Source of the DNA: Dehalococcoidia bacterium
GTDB taxonomy: Bacteria; Chloroflexota; Dehalococcoidia; SZUA-161; SpSt-899
Reading direction: 5' to 3'
Length of the DNA: 64,000 nucleotides
Assembly (NCBI GenBank): GCA_041300025.1
Contig: JBGLNL010000001.1
Span: 1,211,576-1,275,575, forward strand
The notes beneath the pieces were generated by a model. That model made no database searches. It was not told the DNA's origin and saw only the letters and a program-made list of their open reading frames with translations. Positions 10,357 to 21,411 of this stretch are shown in pieces; the first letter of the stretch is position 1; every line of letters begins with the position of its first letter. A program made the translations under genes and the position numbers.

Positions 10357-11277
10357 ATGGCAAACAAATATGATGTGATCGTAGTGGGGGGAGGCCCGGG
10401 CGGGCTGACAGCGGCAGCGCTGCTGGCTAAATGGGGCGTAAAGGTTTTACTTCTGGATAAGAACACTATTCCCGGCGGCAAGGCGATAACAGCCGAACGG
10501 GATGGATTCAAATATGAACTCGGGCCCAAGCTCCAGTGTCCCATGAGAGGCCCCGGATTCGAGCAGGCATACGATCTACTGGGGATCAGGCCCGAATTGA
10601 AGCCGATCTACCTCGATGCTAGCATCGGGGCGGATTGCGCTTACCGAAAAGCATCCTGGAATTATTACAAGAAAACCACCACCACAGTTGCAGGCTCTTC
10701 CGGTGATCAGGACCCTTCTGTCTTCTTCGATCTCTGGGGACTGGATGAAAAGGAGCGGGAACGCACCCTGGCCATCCTGACAGATGTGGCCCTGATGCCT
10801 CCAGATAAGCTGCTGGAACTCTCCGACTTAACCTTCGATGAATACCTCAATAAGCAGGGAAATGTTCCTTCCAGCCTCTACTGGTATCTGGCCATGCACG
10901 CCAATGCCTCGCTGGCGGAGCCCATTGATCTGGTTTCTGCCTATGAGCAGGCGACCATCCTGCAGCAGATTGCCATCGGCGGCGGCGGCGGATACTATGT
11001 CGGTGGATTCGGAAGGGTGTTGGGCGGTCTGGCTAAAGCCATAGAGGCCAATGGAGGGGAAATCAAGATGGGAACCCGCGTCGAAAAAATAATCGTGACG
11101 CCCGTAAATTTCCGATGGAGATATATTGAGCGTTCTGCTTATCTCATTGATAGCCTCACGGGGCAGATATCCCAGTTTTCCCTGTACTTCCTGCAGAACT
11201 CGGATGGTAACACCTATTTTCCCCTTATAATGGGAAAGTATTTCCTTAAGCGAGGTTTCCATAACTTCCTCCATTAA
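10357..11277 (+). pseudogene. FAD-dependent oxidoreductase, CrtI-like, 3'-truncated. Homology ends near 11095. The ORF tail is antisense of a nuoE-like fragment.
   Basis: YDVIVVGGGPGGLTAAALLAKWG motif. Only ~245 of the expected ~500 residues are homologous. Confidence 0.6.
11095..11262 (-). pseudogene. 5' fragment of a NuoE/HoxE-like thioredoxin-fold [2Fe-2S] subunit gene
   Basis: METSLKEILSHYKGKIGVTIRVLQEVQGKLGYLPREAINEISRTLNISPSEIYG matches the NuoE N-terminus. GGAGGA RBS. Homology is lost after ~60 aa. Confidence 0.35.
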
Positions 11278-11296
11278 GTCTGGATTGCTTCAAGAC

Positions 11297-11333
11297 GATA
11301 AAAAGGGGAGCTATTTGAAGATAGTAGCTCCCC
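11297..11333 (-). terminator. rho-independent terminator downstream of the methyltransferase gene
   Basis: GGGGAGCTA-loop-TAGCTCCCC perfect 9-bp stem followed by a T-run on the minus strand. Confidence 0.55.
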
Positions 11334-11509
11334 ATCTTATTAAATGCTTTCACCTGACTAATGATTTTGCTCATAACCACGCAAAACTAATTGATTGTAC
11401 CATAGAGCTAACCGACTGGGCAAGGCATCCCTCTTCCAGTGGTGCTCAGGGTAGGCAGTTCGTCTTGAGTGCAATTCGAATACGGAGTTACCGGGGTTGG
11501 GATTGGCGT

Positions 11510-12214
11510 CTATTCATGTCGTGTTTGTTTTTTGATCAGAGATTGCGTTAGCAACCCGTTTTCTATCATATTACGGGAGGCTATAAAAACAGCGTTCTTT
11601 GACTCGGATTGATGTTTATCGGGGGCGCTCCAGTCCGTGGGGAAATCCTCGTGGTTTGGCTGGGTCCTGGGAAGATAGACATATTCAAAAAGCTCCTTTA
11701 GCTTATTGAATACCCAAGGCCTTGTTGGCCTGCATCCAAGCCCGGAGTACGCTTGAGTGGGATCGCTTTTTGGCTCACTGACGATATTTTTCTCTTCGCT
11801 TTCCCCAAAGGAAACTTGTGTTTCGAGGAACAGAATCCCTGCCGTGTTCTGACTTATAAATTTCAGAGCCTTTTCGGGATTACCCAGATGATGCAGGGTT
11901 CCGTAACAGTGAACTACATCAAAGGGAGAATCATCGATGGGGGACGGATGTTCCAAATCCAGAAACTGAACATTGCAATCGGGATAACGATTTCTTAAGT
12001 ATTGGAGATTCTCTGACCTTGCTTCAGTGATGGTTATTTTGCATCCCCTCTCTATGTAGTAACGGGAATGATCCCCGATACCTGCACCGACCTCCAGAAC
12101 CGACATTCCTGCTACCGATATTCTCAGGCTCGCAAGGTGCTCCAGCCTTCGGGAATTAAGATACGAGTAGCGTTTTGAGTGGAAGTGACTGACAGGGGTA
12201 TTGGAACGAACCAT
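11510..12214 (-). CDS. class I SAM-dependent methyltransferase
   Basis: VLEVGAGIGDHSRYY motif I (glycine-rich loop). Confidence 0.8.
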   Translation of the reverse strand: MVRSNTPVSHFHSKRYSYLNSRRLEHLASLRISVAGMSVLEVGAGIGDHSRYYIERGCKITITEARSENLQYLRNRYPDCNVQFLDLEHPSPIDDSPFDVVHCYGTLHHLGNPEKALKFISQNTAGILFLETQVSFGESEEKNIVSEPKSDPTQAYSGLGCRPTRPWVFNKLKELFEYVYLPRTQPNHEDFPTDWSAPDKHQSESKNAVFIASRNMIENGLLTQSLIKKQTRHE

Positions 12215-12342
12215 CTCGTACCTCGTTCTTTCTACATATATCCTCTCATCGGGAAAGGTTCATAGCATCTTTCGGGACTCTTTTTTGCAGCTTCAAATAA
12301 CGAAGGGAGTCCTAATATGGGGGGCAGGATATTTTCATAAAT

Positions 12343-12684
12343 TCACTCAATAAATTCCGCAATGGCACTATACTTTAGCTTGAGTTCAAGAATAAGGCGG
12401 TCATAACGGCGCATTCGAGTTATTGCGCGGATAATCAGGTAAGCGCTAAAAAGGATTAAGGCAAGGCTAATTATCCCCAGCGGAACGAGAAAAGGTAAAA
12501 CGTCGAGGACATCATAGTATTCTGAAGTGGCTATCAGCACACTCATAACCGAAAGGGGCAAAGCTAAAACAGCGATACCTGTCCGCATCACAGCTAATGA
12601 TGTGCGTTTTTCGGCTAAAATAAGTTGCACTTCGCTGATGGCTATTGAATCAAGCTTGCTTGCATCTTCGGTCAAATCTGACAC
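12343..12684 (-). CDS. DUF202/YidH-family small membrane protein
   Basis: 113 aa. EKRTSLAVMRTGIAVLALPL with two TM helices. Confidence 0.55.
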   Translation of the reverse strand: MSDLTEDASKLDSIAISEVQLILAEKRTSLAVMRTGIAVLALPLSVMSVLIATSEYYDVLDVLPFLVPLGIISLALILFSAYLIIRAITRMRRYDRLILELKLKYSAIAEFIE

Positions 12685-12821
12685 CTTTTGGATAAGATAC
12701 CCTGTTTAAATGCTAACACATGGATGCGGGCTATTCCCTTGCCATCGACTCGCTTCGGCTCGAATTATACCAGACCGCAGGATACGCCGCAAAATTTTAT
12801 TGTTTCCAGTCCCCCTTATGG

Positions 12822-14093
12822 CTATTCATAGCGCAGGGCATCGATCGGATTAAGACGGGAAGCTCTTATGGCCGGATAGGTTCCGGCCACGATTCCAATA
12901 CCTACCGCCACGCCAAAGGAAAGAAAAATGTATTCGGCCTGAATGATCGGATCGATCGTCGATTGCGACATCATAGTTATCTGGGTCACTTCAAATCCCG
13001 TGAAGACAAATTCGGAAAGCAGGAAACCAACCCCGACTCCAATGATCCCGCCGATTACGCTAATGGTAGTTGCTTCAAGCAGAAACTGTATCAGAATGTG
13101 ATATCGCTTGGCTCCGACTGCCTTGCGGATACCGATCTCACGGGTGCGCTCGGTCACCGAGACCAGCATGATGTTCATGATGCCGATACCGGCGATAGCC
13201 AGCGCAAAGGCGGCAACATATGTCAGCAGGGTCTTTAAAGTGTCACTGGTGTTCGTCTGGCTGTCAATCAGTTCCTGCTGATTGTAAATGGTAAAATCGT
13301 CTGATTCACTCTCGCCGAGATCGTGGCGTTCCCGGAGAAAAGCGGTAATCTGCTCAATGGCAACATCGATTTTCTTTTCGCTCACAACCTGAGCGCCGAT
13401 ACCGCTGACCAGATAATCGCCACGGGTCGAACGATCAGGTTTGAGCCGAAACATTGTTGTGATGGGGATAAATGCAGCATTATCGGAGGTCGAAAATACC
13501 GATTCGCCATCGCTCTGGAGCGTGCCCACAACGGTAAACGATCGATTCCAGGCGCGTATACTTTCACCTACGGGGTCGCTGTTGCCAAAAAGGTCTTCAG
13601 TAATATTGCTGCCCAGCACGCATACCATGCTCCTGTTCTCAACATCGTATTCAGTGAAAAAATCACCGCTGTCCAGCGATTTATTCTGGCGGGCTTCGAG
13701 AAACGTTTCGGTAGTTCCCTGAACCTGTACGTTTGTATTCTCATTTGCGGCGATCAACTGGGTGCGGGAAGAGACGTCGGGAACTACATATGTGAGAGCG
13801 TCAAGTTCGGTCGATTCAGCCATAGCTACAGCGTCATTGTATGTGAGCGTTCTGGCGCTTCCCTCAGCCCCGGTTACCAATCCCATATAGCCGGCTCCCG
13901 GCACAACATAAAGCAGATTGGATCCCATTTTAGTGAAATCCGCTGTAACCGATTTTTCCGATCCTTCCCCAACGGCCATCATGGAAATGATCGAACCGAT
14001 CCCGATAGCCACGCCAAGGATAGTCAGAAAAGAGCGCAGCTTATGAGCGGCGATGCCGCGAAGCGCAACCGCAAAAGTCGCCAGATACTTCAT
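12822..14093 (-). CDS. ABC transporter permease, MacB/FtsX family
   Basis: N-terminal TM, MacB periplasmic core and C-terminal FtsX 3-TM bundle. 423 aa. 4-nt overlap with the upstream ATPase. Confidence 0.85.
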   Translation of the reverse strand: MKYLATFAVALRGIAAHKLRSFLTILGVAIGIGSIISMMAVGEGSEKSVTADFTKMGSNLLYVVPGAGYMGLVTGAEGSARTLTYNDAVAMAESTELDALTYVVPDVSSRTQLIAANENTNVQVQGTTETFLEARQNKSLDSGDFFTEYDVENRSMVCVLGSNITEDLFGNSDPVGESIRAWNRSFTVVGTLQSDGESVFSTSDNAAFIPITTMFRLKPDRSTRGDYLVSGIGAQVVSEKKIDVAIEQITAFLRERHDLGESESDDFTIYNQQELIDSQTNTSDTLKTLLTYVAAFALAIAGIGIMNIMLVSVTERTREIGIRKAVGAKRYHILIQFLLEATTISVIGGIIGVGVGFLLSEFVFTGFEVTQITMMSQSTIDPIIQAEYIFLSFGVAVGIGIVAGTYPAIRASRLNPIDALRYE

Positions 14094-14767
14094 GGACGCA
14101 GCACCTCTTCATCACTCACCAGCCCATCGCGGAGGCTGATGATGCGCCGGGCATATTCGGCGATTTCCCGTTCATGCGTGACCATCACAATCGTGATGCC
14201 ATCATTGCGATTAAGTTCGGTGAATATGGCCATGATTTCATGGCTTGCGCGAGTATCCAGATTGCCTGTGGGCTCATCGGCCAGAATGATGGCGGGACTG
14301 GTTACCAGTGCCCGGGCAATGCATACCCGCTGCTGCTGACCGCCGGAAAGCTCGTTGGGTTTGTGTCTGGCCCTGTCCGAGAGGCCGACCCGTTCCAGCG
14401 CTAAAAGAGCGCGCTTCCTTCGATTGTTTGACCCGCTGTAGATCAGAGGTAATTCCACGTTGGCAAGAGCGGTGGTACGTGCCAGCAGATTGTAATTCTG
14501 AAATACGAATCCGATTTTCCTATTTCTGATCTCAGCCAACTGATTATCATTCAGTTTGCCAATGTTGACCCCATCGAGTTCGTATGTCCCCGAAGACTGC
14601 TGATCCAGGCATCCAACTATATTCATCAAAGTCGATTTTCCCGAACCGGAAGGCCCCATGATGGCTATCATTTCTCCGGACTTGACCTCAATATTCACTC
14701 CGCGAAGAGCTTCCACTTCGATTTTGCCGATTTTATAGGTTTTGGTGATACCCTGCATCTTGATCAT
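14090..14767 (-). CDS. ABC transporter ATP-binding protein, MacB/LolD-like
   Basis: Walker A GPSGSGKST. Signature LSGGQQQRV. Walker B ILADEPTG. Confidence 0.9.
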   Translation of the reverse strand: MIKMQGITKTYKIGKIEVEALRGVNIEVKSGEMIAIMGPSGSGKSTLMNIVGCLDQQSSGTYELDGVNIGKLNDNQLAEIRNRKIGFVFQNYNLLARTTALANVELPLIYSGSNNRRKRALLALERVGLSDRARHKPNELSGGQQQRVCIARALVTSPAIILADEPTGNLDTRASHEIMAIFTELNRNDGITIVMVTHEREIAEYARRIISLRDGLVSDEEVLRP

Positions 14768-14777
14768 TTTTAGCTCT

Positions 14778-15994
14778 CTAATTGCCCATCATGCCCCCCA
14801 TGTTATCGAGACTGAAATTACGGGTATCTATTCCCATGTCCTCTGCCATCCGGATCAACGCATCAAGGCAGTCCCGGTTTTCGAGGAGCTTCTGCAGGCA
14901 TTCCTGCACGTCATCGGGGACTTCCCCGGTATCGTTATTGGCCCAGTACTCAATTTCATCCCAGTCAATCTCGCCGCCACTATAAGTGCTCGTATCGATC
15001 CCCAATTCATCCGCCATCCCCATCAGCTTTTCAAAGCAGGGCATGAGCTCCTGCATATTGGTGATGCATTCCATAATATCAACATCCGCACCGGGAGCCT
15101 CGATAGAACTCTCAGTTACTTCAATATCCACACTGGAAACAATTCGTTCCCCTTCTTTGAGCCCCGATGTTATCTCCGTTAATTTCCCGTCACTGACACC
15201 AGTCCATACCACGCGGACTTCCTCTTCGCCACTATCCGCTAGCACCGTAACCGTTTTGCTGCCGGTGGCCCGGTCTTTGTGTATGGCGGCATTGGGCACA
15301 AGAAGAACGTCACTGGCAAGTACCGCTTCGATATCCACCGTGACAGTCATCAAATCTTTCAGAGGGTATCCTTTCGAATCCTTAATCGATATTGTGAGAT
15401 CATAGGTAATCAGTCCGGACTGGTTCCTGCCCATGGGAGAAATTGCAGTCACCTCTCCCGGTAAAGCGATATCACGGAAAGCGTCTACATATATCTCTGC
15501 CTGCTGCCCGATCTTCATTTTGGCCACATCGATCTCATCCACGGCGGCAGCTATTTCGACTTTTCCGGTATCGACCATTTGCATGACAACCGTACTGGCC
15601 ATAATTTGATCGCCAGCATCGATGTTCACGGCGGCAACGATACCATCGAAGGGAGCTGTAAGAGCGGCATCGGCGAGTTGATCTTGAGCTTCTTCAAAGG
15701 CAAGGCGGGCCTTATCGAAAGCCATCCGCGGCAGCTCCAAATTCAAGCCATCCTGAACGTGAGCCAATTCGTCTCTGGCGCGGGCCAGATTTGCTCTGGC
15801 ACTGGCCGTGTCCGCCTCCTTTTGCAGAATTTGTGCAGAAGCGCTTTCAAGCGTTCTTTTGGCAATGCTCAAGTTAATTTCTGCGGTATCAACGGAGGCG
15901 TCAGCGTTTTCCTGAGCGATTTGCAGATTCATGGCAGCCGTTTTGATCGCCAGCAGCAACTCCTTTCCCTGAACCGATGGATTGTAACTGGTAG
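14778..15994 (-). pseudogene. HlyD/MacA-type periplasmic adaptor with an unusual ~120-aa acidic C-terminal extension. The N-terminal TM segment and first lipoyl half appear to be missing.
   Basis: Coiled-coil, LTAPFDGIV lipoyl half, beta-barrel and MP domains. The upstream part of the 845-aa ORF is antisense of the SBP gene. Confidence 0.55.
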
Positions 15995-16008
15995 TCAGAA
16001 TATCGATA

Positions 16009-17285
16009 TGGCCCGAAACCAGATAACTGCTGGCGATTTCAAATACTCCATTGAACGCGCCTGCGATCCTGAAACCGGCTCTCAGGTGGCGGGCAGTTAT
16101 CTCGATGACGTCGTCGGGGTAAATGACAAGCTGGCCGGGAAGACTGAGGAAATCAGCGGGGTAGAAGTTGTAGATGCCCATACTCTCCGGATCACCATCG
16201 ATGCCCCGAAGGCGCATTTCCTTTCCAAGCTGCTTTATCCCACAAGCTTCGTGCTGGACGAGGAAAACGTGGTTTCCGGCGAGGACTGGTGGCATAATCC
16301 CAACGGCACCGGCCCATTCAAAATCAACGCCTGGGAAAAAGACGAGCTCCTGATTCTGGAGCGAAACGAAAATTATGGTGAGGAATTGCCAAAAGTGCAA
16401 AGCGTCGTTTTCCGGCTGTGGAGCGGAGTGCCAATGAGCATGTACGAACAGGGAAAAATCGATATTACATGGGTACCCGGAGCAGACATAGAGCGGGTCC
16501 TTGATCCGGCCAATCCGCTCAACGATGAACTGGTCATCACCCCCGAACTCAGTTTGAGTTATATCGGATTCAACTCCTCCGAACCACCGTTCGATGATCC
16601 TAAAATCCGTCAGGCCTTCTGCCACGCCATAGACAAAAAGAAAATAATCGAGGTTCTGTTTAAAAATACGGTTCAGCAGGCCAAAGGTATACTGCCGCCA
16701 GCAATGCCCGGCTATAACGAGGAAGTCGAAGGGCTGGATTTCGACCCGGAGAAAGCGAAAGAACTGATCAGTCAATCCAGCTACGGGAGCATTGATAACC
16801 TTCCCTCGATAACTTACACCACATCGGGGCGAGGCTATGTTTCCGTGCTGACCGAAGCCCTGATTGACATGTGGAGGAAAAATCTGGGAGTAGAAGTGAC
16901 AATACGTCAAATCGATCCTGAGAGCTATCCATACATCATCAAACAGGAAAAGGATCAGTTGTTCGATATAGGCTGGCTGGCCGATTACCCCGATCCCCAC
17001 AACTTTCTGGACCTGCTGTTCCACGGCGAAAGCGGAGACAATATCGGCGGGTACAGCAACCCGGAGATCGATGCCAGGCTGGAAGCGGCCCGTGAGGAAG
17101 TGGATTCGGAGACTCGTCTGAAAATGTATCAGGAAATAGAGCAGATGCTGATCGAAGACGCTGCTTGCCTGCCGTTGTATTTCAGCGAGAGCTATAACCT
17201 GGTCAAACCCTACGTGAAAGGTTTTGTCGGAGTGCCAATGACCATGCCCTGGCTCAAATACATATCCCTTGAACCGCATGAGTAG
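16009..17285 (+). pseudogene. ABC transporter substrate-binding protein family 5 (peptide/nickel), lacking signal peptide and the first ~100 residues
   Basis: FKYSIERACDPETGS, NPNGTGPFKINAWEKDELLILERNENY and ADYPDPHNFL motifs. Upstream in-frame sequence is antisense of HlyD. Confidence 0.6.
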
Positions 17286-18477
17286 AAAAAGCATGAAAGG
17301 CGATTCAATGTCCAAATACCTTGTTATTTGCCTGTTTTTACTGGGATTGCTTCTGGCAGGCCTCGCTGCGGGATGCGATCAGGAAGAAGCAACCTGTACC
17401 CCGTCGGATACGCTTTCCGGTATCCAACTCCTCCCAAAACCGGCTCAGACCGCCGATCCCGGGACCGCCAGTTTCATAAACATAATTTCCACCAGAGTTG
17501 AAAACGATTTCCCCCAATCACTCAACTTCAGTATTGAAGCCGAAAGCACTCACCTCATAACAGAGCTTCAATTCATTTATACTGTCCCAAAAATCCTCCG
17601 CCCTTCGGTGACCGTCACTCAGTATCCCGATTTTGAGCCGGGAACTTACGTGGAAGCGGACTGGTCATGGGATGCCCGAAAGGCCAGCATCCCGCCGGGA
17701 GCAGAGATCGAATACAAATGGGTGATAGAAAACAGCGCCGAAGGCAGGATTGAGACCGAAACGGTTTCCCGGACATTCGATGATATTCGCCATGACTGGA
17801 GGGAACTGGAGGATGAGGATATTCATCTATTCTGGTATGAGGGTAAAGATTCCTTCGGGCAGGAATTGATGGAAGCGGCGCAGCAGGCGCTGGTAAAGCA
17901 TGCTGAAACTACCGATTCCGAGCTTGAAGAGCAAGTCCAGATTTACATCTATGGCAGCACTGAGGATTTGCATGATGCCGTGTTATACACCGATGAATGG
18001 ACAGGGGGCATGGCTTTCCCCGAATACGGAATAATTGCTATCGGTGTAGAGCCATATAACCTGGAATGGGGCAAAAGGGCAGTCACTCACGAGCTATCGC
18101 ACATGGTTATTTATCAGGTTACTTACAGCCCTCTGAGCGACGTTCCTGCCTGGCTCGATGAAGGCATAGCCATGTATTCGGAAGGCGAACTTACGGGCAA
18201 TTTCAAACAAAGGCTGGAGAAAGCCATCTCCGAAGATAATCTGTTCTCTATTCGCAGCATTAGCGGCAACTTTCCGGCAGCCACCGAGGAAGCGGAACTT
18301 GCTTATGCCCAGAGTTACAGTCTGGTGGAATTCCTTATCGAGAACTTTGGCAGTGCTAAAATGCAGCAGCTACTTCAGGCTTTCAGCGCCGGTACCAGCC
18401 TTGATGATGCTCTTCTGGAAGTATATGGATTCGATAGTAAACAACTTGAAACAGACTGGCGCAATACTGTCGATTAA
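17278..18477 (+). CDS. lipoprotein, peptidase MA-like zinc metalloprotease
   Basis: Lipobox LLAGLAAGC. HELSHMV HExxH motif with downstream WLDEGIAMYSEG. Confidence 0.6.
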   Translation: MSRKSMKGDSMSKYLVICLFLLGLLLAGLAAGCDQEEATCTPSDTLSGIQLLPKPAQTADPGTASFINIISTRVENDFPQSLNFSIEAESTHLITELQFIYTVPKILRPSVTVTQYPDFEPGTYVEADWSWDARKASIPPGAEIEYKWVIENSAEGRIETETVSRTFDDIRHDWRELEDEDIHLFWYEGKDSFGQELMEAAQQALVKHAETTDSELEEQVQIYIYGSTEDLHDAVLYTDEWTGGMAFPEYGIIAIGVEPYNLEWGKRAVTHELSHMVIYQVTYSPLSDVPAWLDEGIAMYSEGELTGNFKQRLEKAISEDNLFSIRSISGNFPAATEEAELAYAQSYSLVEFLIENFGSAKMQQLLQAFSAGTSLDDALLEVYGFDSKQLETDWRNTVD

Positions 18478-19277
18478 AGCACACTCTCCGCATCCTCTTT
18501 TTCCGGCTCAACTATCTCATCATCAAGAGGGAATTCACTCTCACTATCCATGGAATCATCCGTATCAATCCAATCATCTTCATCACCATCCTCTGATGAT
18601 TCCTCTTCGATCCCCCTTTTGACAATACTATTCTTAAGATATGGCCTTATTTCATCCCCTATCTTTGGGGGCGGGAAAGAGGGATATCCGATCTGGCTGG
18701 GATGTTGAAAGGTTTCCCTGATTATCACCTTGGCTTCCGCATGCCCCAGGTTGACAATAACTGCTTTATACTCATTGCCACCTTCTATTAATCGGGCGAT
18801 GCGCATCCCAATTTTAGGATCAACTTCTCCGAGATACTCTCCCAAGTCATTTACTACTTCCAGTTTTCCGTCATTCACCCGCAAATAAACCGGGTCTCCG
18901 GCCGCCATCTTCCCCAGCACATCTCTGGAAGCCAGCCTATGCATATTAATCCTTCTGGCTTTGCTTGCCTCCTCAATGTAAAACCGGGAATCGATACCAC
19001 GAACTTCATTCTGAACAGGCTTGTCACCTTTGAGGTGGGAAAGCCGATCCAGGTTCTTGCGCGCAATGCTGTTTTGATGATCAATCTTCAGCACCTGCTT
19101 ATATGTCTGCCGGGATTCCGGGATGCGCCCGATCGCGCTTAGAGCCTTGCCCAGGCGATTGAGAGCATCAATATCATTGGGGGAAACCTCCAGTATTTCC
19201 TTATTAACCAATACCGCTTCCTCCCAACGACCCAGCACTGCCAGGTTTACAGCTTCATCACTGCGATTATGTACCAT
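18474..19277 (-). CDS. TPR-repeat protein with acidic C-terminal tail
   Basis: N-terminal TPR-like helices (LGRWEEAVLVNKEILEVSPNDIDALNRLGKAL). A D/E-rich C-terminus. Confidence 0.55.
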   Translation of the reverse strand: MVHNRSDEAVNLAVLGRWEEAVLVNKEILEVSPNDIDALNRLGKALSAIGRIPESRQTYKQVLKIDHQNSIARKNLDRLSHLKGDKPVQNEVRGIDSRFYIEEASKARRINMHRLASRDVLGKMAAGDPVYLRVNDGKLEVVNDLGEYLGEVDPKIGMRIARLIEGGNEYKAVIVNLGHAEAKVIIRETFQHPSQIGYPSFPPPKIGDEIRPYLKNSIVKRGIEEESSEDGDEDDWIDTDDSMDSESEFPLDDEIVEPEKEDAESVL

Positions 19278-19521
19278 ATCATTTTCCTGTATAAGTTCCG
19301 AGGCTTCGAGCCATCGTGCATCATATCATGTTTTTTGGGGAAGCACAATAGGCAAAAACCCGTAAATTCACATATACTGGAAATCAGTATACTTACATTT
19401 ATGCCAAACGCTCAGGCAGGATAACAGATTGAGGGGCATTGCAGGAAAACAAGGTTGCCATTGGACTCCAACTGGTTTAGAATACTCTAGCGGTTAAGTA
19501 AGGATATATCAGTCTTTTTTT

Positions 19522-20343
19522 GTGATAGCCCGAGCGAACACTAAAATGCGTGCCGGTATCAATCTCCAAACCTCAAATCTTGCCAGCTATTTCAAGCCAC
19601 TCTATTATCCGTGGATGTATGTGTTTCTGATTATGATTGCCGAGTTTGTTACCTGCTATTTTCTTCATGCGGGCGTTCTGATCCATCTGTTTATACTGGG
19701 AGCTTTGCTGATCCACTCCGTGATGCTTGAAGATAAGCCGGTGTCAGGCCTGCTGACCGCCATGGCCATAGCTCCTTTAATCAGAATCCTGGGGCTTTCC
19801 ACGCCGCTGGTACATTTCAGTCAGATCACCTGGTTTGCCATTGTAAGCGTGCCCATGTTCATAGCGGGGATTACCATAGCTCGTATGCAAGGGTTATCAG
19901 CCAGACAAGTGGGGCTTTCTCTTCCCAAGAAAAAGTATTTCCCGCTTGAAGTAGCGGTAATTGTGCTAGCCTTCCCCATTGGATTCCTGGAGTATTACAT
20001 GCTGCGGCCCAGCGCACTTGCCAACCTCAATTTTCATGAAGCTACAGCGCCTGCGCTGATATTGATTATCAATACCGGATTTCTTGAGGAGATCATATTC
20101 AGAGGGTTATTACAATACCACGCCAACCGGATTGCCGGATTCCACGGGATTGTGCTTGTATCCGTCCTATTCGGGATATTGCACATCACCAACCTCGTTT
20201 TCTGGGATGCACTGCTGGCAGGAGCAGTAGGACTGCTGTTCGCCCTGATAGTCAGAAAAACCGGTTCAGTCTGGGGAATGAGTATAGTTCACGGGATGAT
20301 AAATGTGACCCTGTTTATAATCGCTCCCAACGTAATTGGCTGA
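19522..20343 (+). CDS. CPBP-family intramembrane glutamic endopeptidase (CAAX protease/Abi)
   Basis: EEIIFRGLL and FGILH motifs. Multiple TM helices. Confidence 0.75.
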   Translation: MIARANTKMRAGINLQTSNLASYFKPLYYPWMYVFLIMIAEFVTCYFLHAGVLIHLFILGALLIHSVMLEDKPVSGLLTAMAIAPLIRILGLSTPLVHFSQITWFAIVSVPMFIAGITIARMQGLSARQVGLSLPKKKYFPLEVAVIVLAFPIGFLEYYMLRPSALANLNFHEATAPALILIINTGFLEEIIFRGLLQYHANRIAGFHGIVLVSVLFGILHITNLVFWDALLAGAVGLLFALIVRKTGSVWGMSIVHGMINVTLFIIAPNVIG

Positions 20344-20360
20344 TAGCCGCTATATTGCCT

Positions 20361-20837
20361 TCAATCCAGTTTACCCGCCAGCCTGTCATAGGTGGCATCG
20401 AGCGCTTCAGAGATCGTCCGGGTATTGGACATGACCGGCATAAAGTTGGTATCCCCGTTCCATCGGGGCACAATATGCGTGTGAATATGCTCCTCAATGC
20501 CGGCTCCGGCCACCTTTCCCAGGTTAATCCCGATATTGAACCCCTCAGGATTCATTACTTCCTTCAACATTGTCACGCAACGGCTTACCAGTTGAATATG
20601 TTCCAGCAATTCCTCGTTTTCGAGCGCATCCAGTTTTGCCACATGCTTATAAGGGGCAACCATAAGGTGACCGGGATTGTAGGGATACTTATTCATCATC
20701 ACCACGTTTTTAACGGCACGATAGAGAATCAGATTTTCCCTGTCCTTATTCTGGTTTGGTTTTTCACAGAAAATGCACTTTTTGTCTTTCTCGCTGAGGA
20801 TATACTCGATCCGCCACGGGGCCCACAGATGCTCCAT
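20361..20837 (-). CDS. HIT-family hydrolase
   Basis: HIHTHIVPR histidine-triad motif. 158 aa. Confidence 0.85.
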   Translation of the reverse strand: MEHLWAPWRIEYILSEKDKKCIFCEKPNQNKDRENLILYRAVKNVVMMNKYPYNPGHLMVAPYKHVAKLDALENEELLEHIQLVSRCVTMLKEVMNPEGFNIGINLGKVAGAGIEEHIHTHIVPRWNGDTNFMPVMSNTRTISEALDATYDRLAGKLD

Positions 20838-21027
20838 TCTTCCAACTCCTTAATCAACTTCTGGAATCCGGTTTTCCGGGGGTCTCGATTCATCGAAGGC
20901 AACCGGCAATCCGCCATTGATTAATATCTGCATCATCAAAGATGTGCCAGAGCGTTCCAATCCAGAGACGATATAGTTGATTTTACTGTTCAGCATTTAT
21001 TATTCCCCCTGCCCACAATGAGCGGAT

Positions 21028-21267
21028 TTAATCGAGATATCCCAAGGCACGTAATCTTTTCTTGACTTCCTCTTCATCCTCCGGGCTGAAGGCAACTTCA
21101 TCCTCATCATCATCCTTGAGAACCTCTTCGAGTACGAAGGTTACGTACTCTTCCACCGATTTGAACTCTGTCCCTTTCACTCTCTGATCAATAGCATCAT
21201 AGAGTTGAGCAGGTATGGGAACGTTCTTTTTCTCTTCGCCCATTTGTTTCCTCCTTATGTTGTTCAT
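21028..21267 (-). CDS. small acidic protein, possibly CopG-like ribbon-helix-helix
   Basis: 79 aa. VPIPAQLYDAIDQRV motif. KKRLRALGYLD tail. Confidence 0.4.
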   Translation of the reverse strand: MNNIRRKQMGEEKKNVPIPAQLYDAIDQRVKGTEFKSVEEYVTFVLEEVLKDDDEDEVAFSPEDEEEVKKRLRALGYLD

Positions 21268-21411
21268 GGGGAAAGGTTATTTTCATAACCCGCGACTGTC
21301 ATCAAAACCGAAGTCCGGTAGTTTGTGAAACTATGAAATTGATCCGCTTTCCCCAGGGTTTTGGTATTTTGGTTCGCTGTTATCATAAATAGCCTCAAGC
21401 CGGTTGTCAAT

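Noticed and set aside
14778-17315. 845-aa minus-strand ORF as one giant protein
   Set aside because: Only the distal ~400 codons are HlyD-like. The proximal part is the reverse reading of the genuine SBP5 gene on the plus strand.
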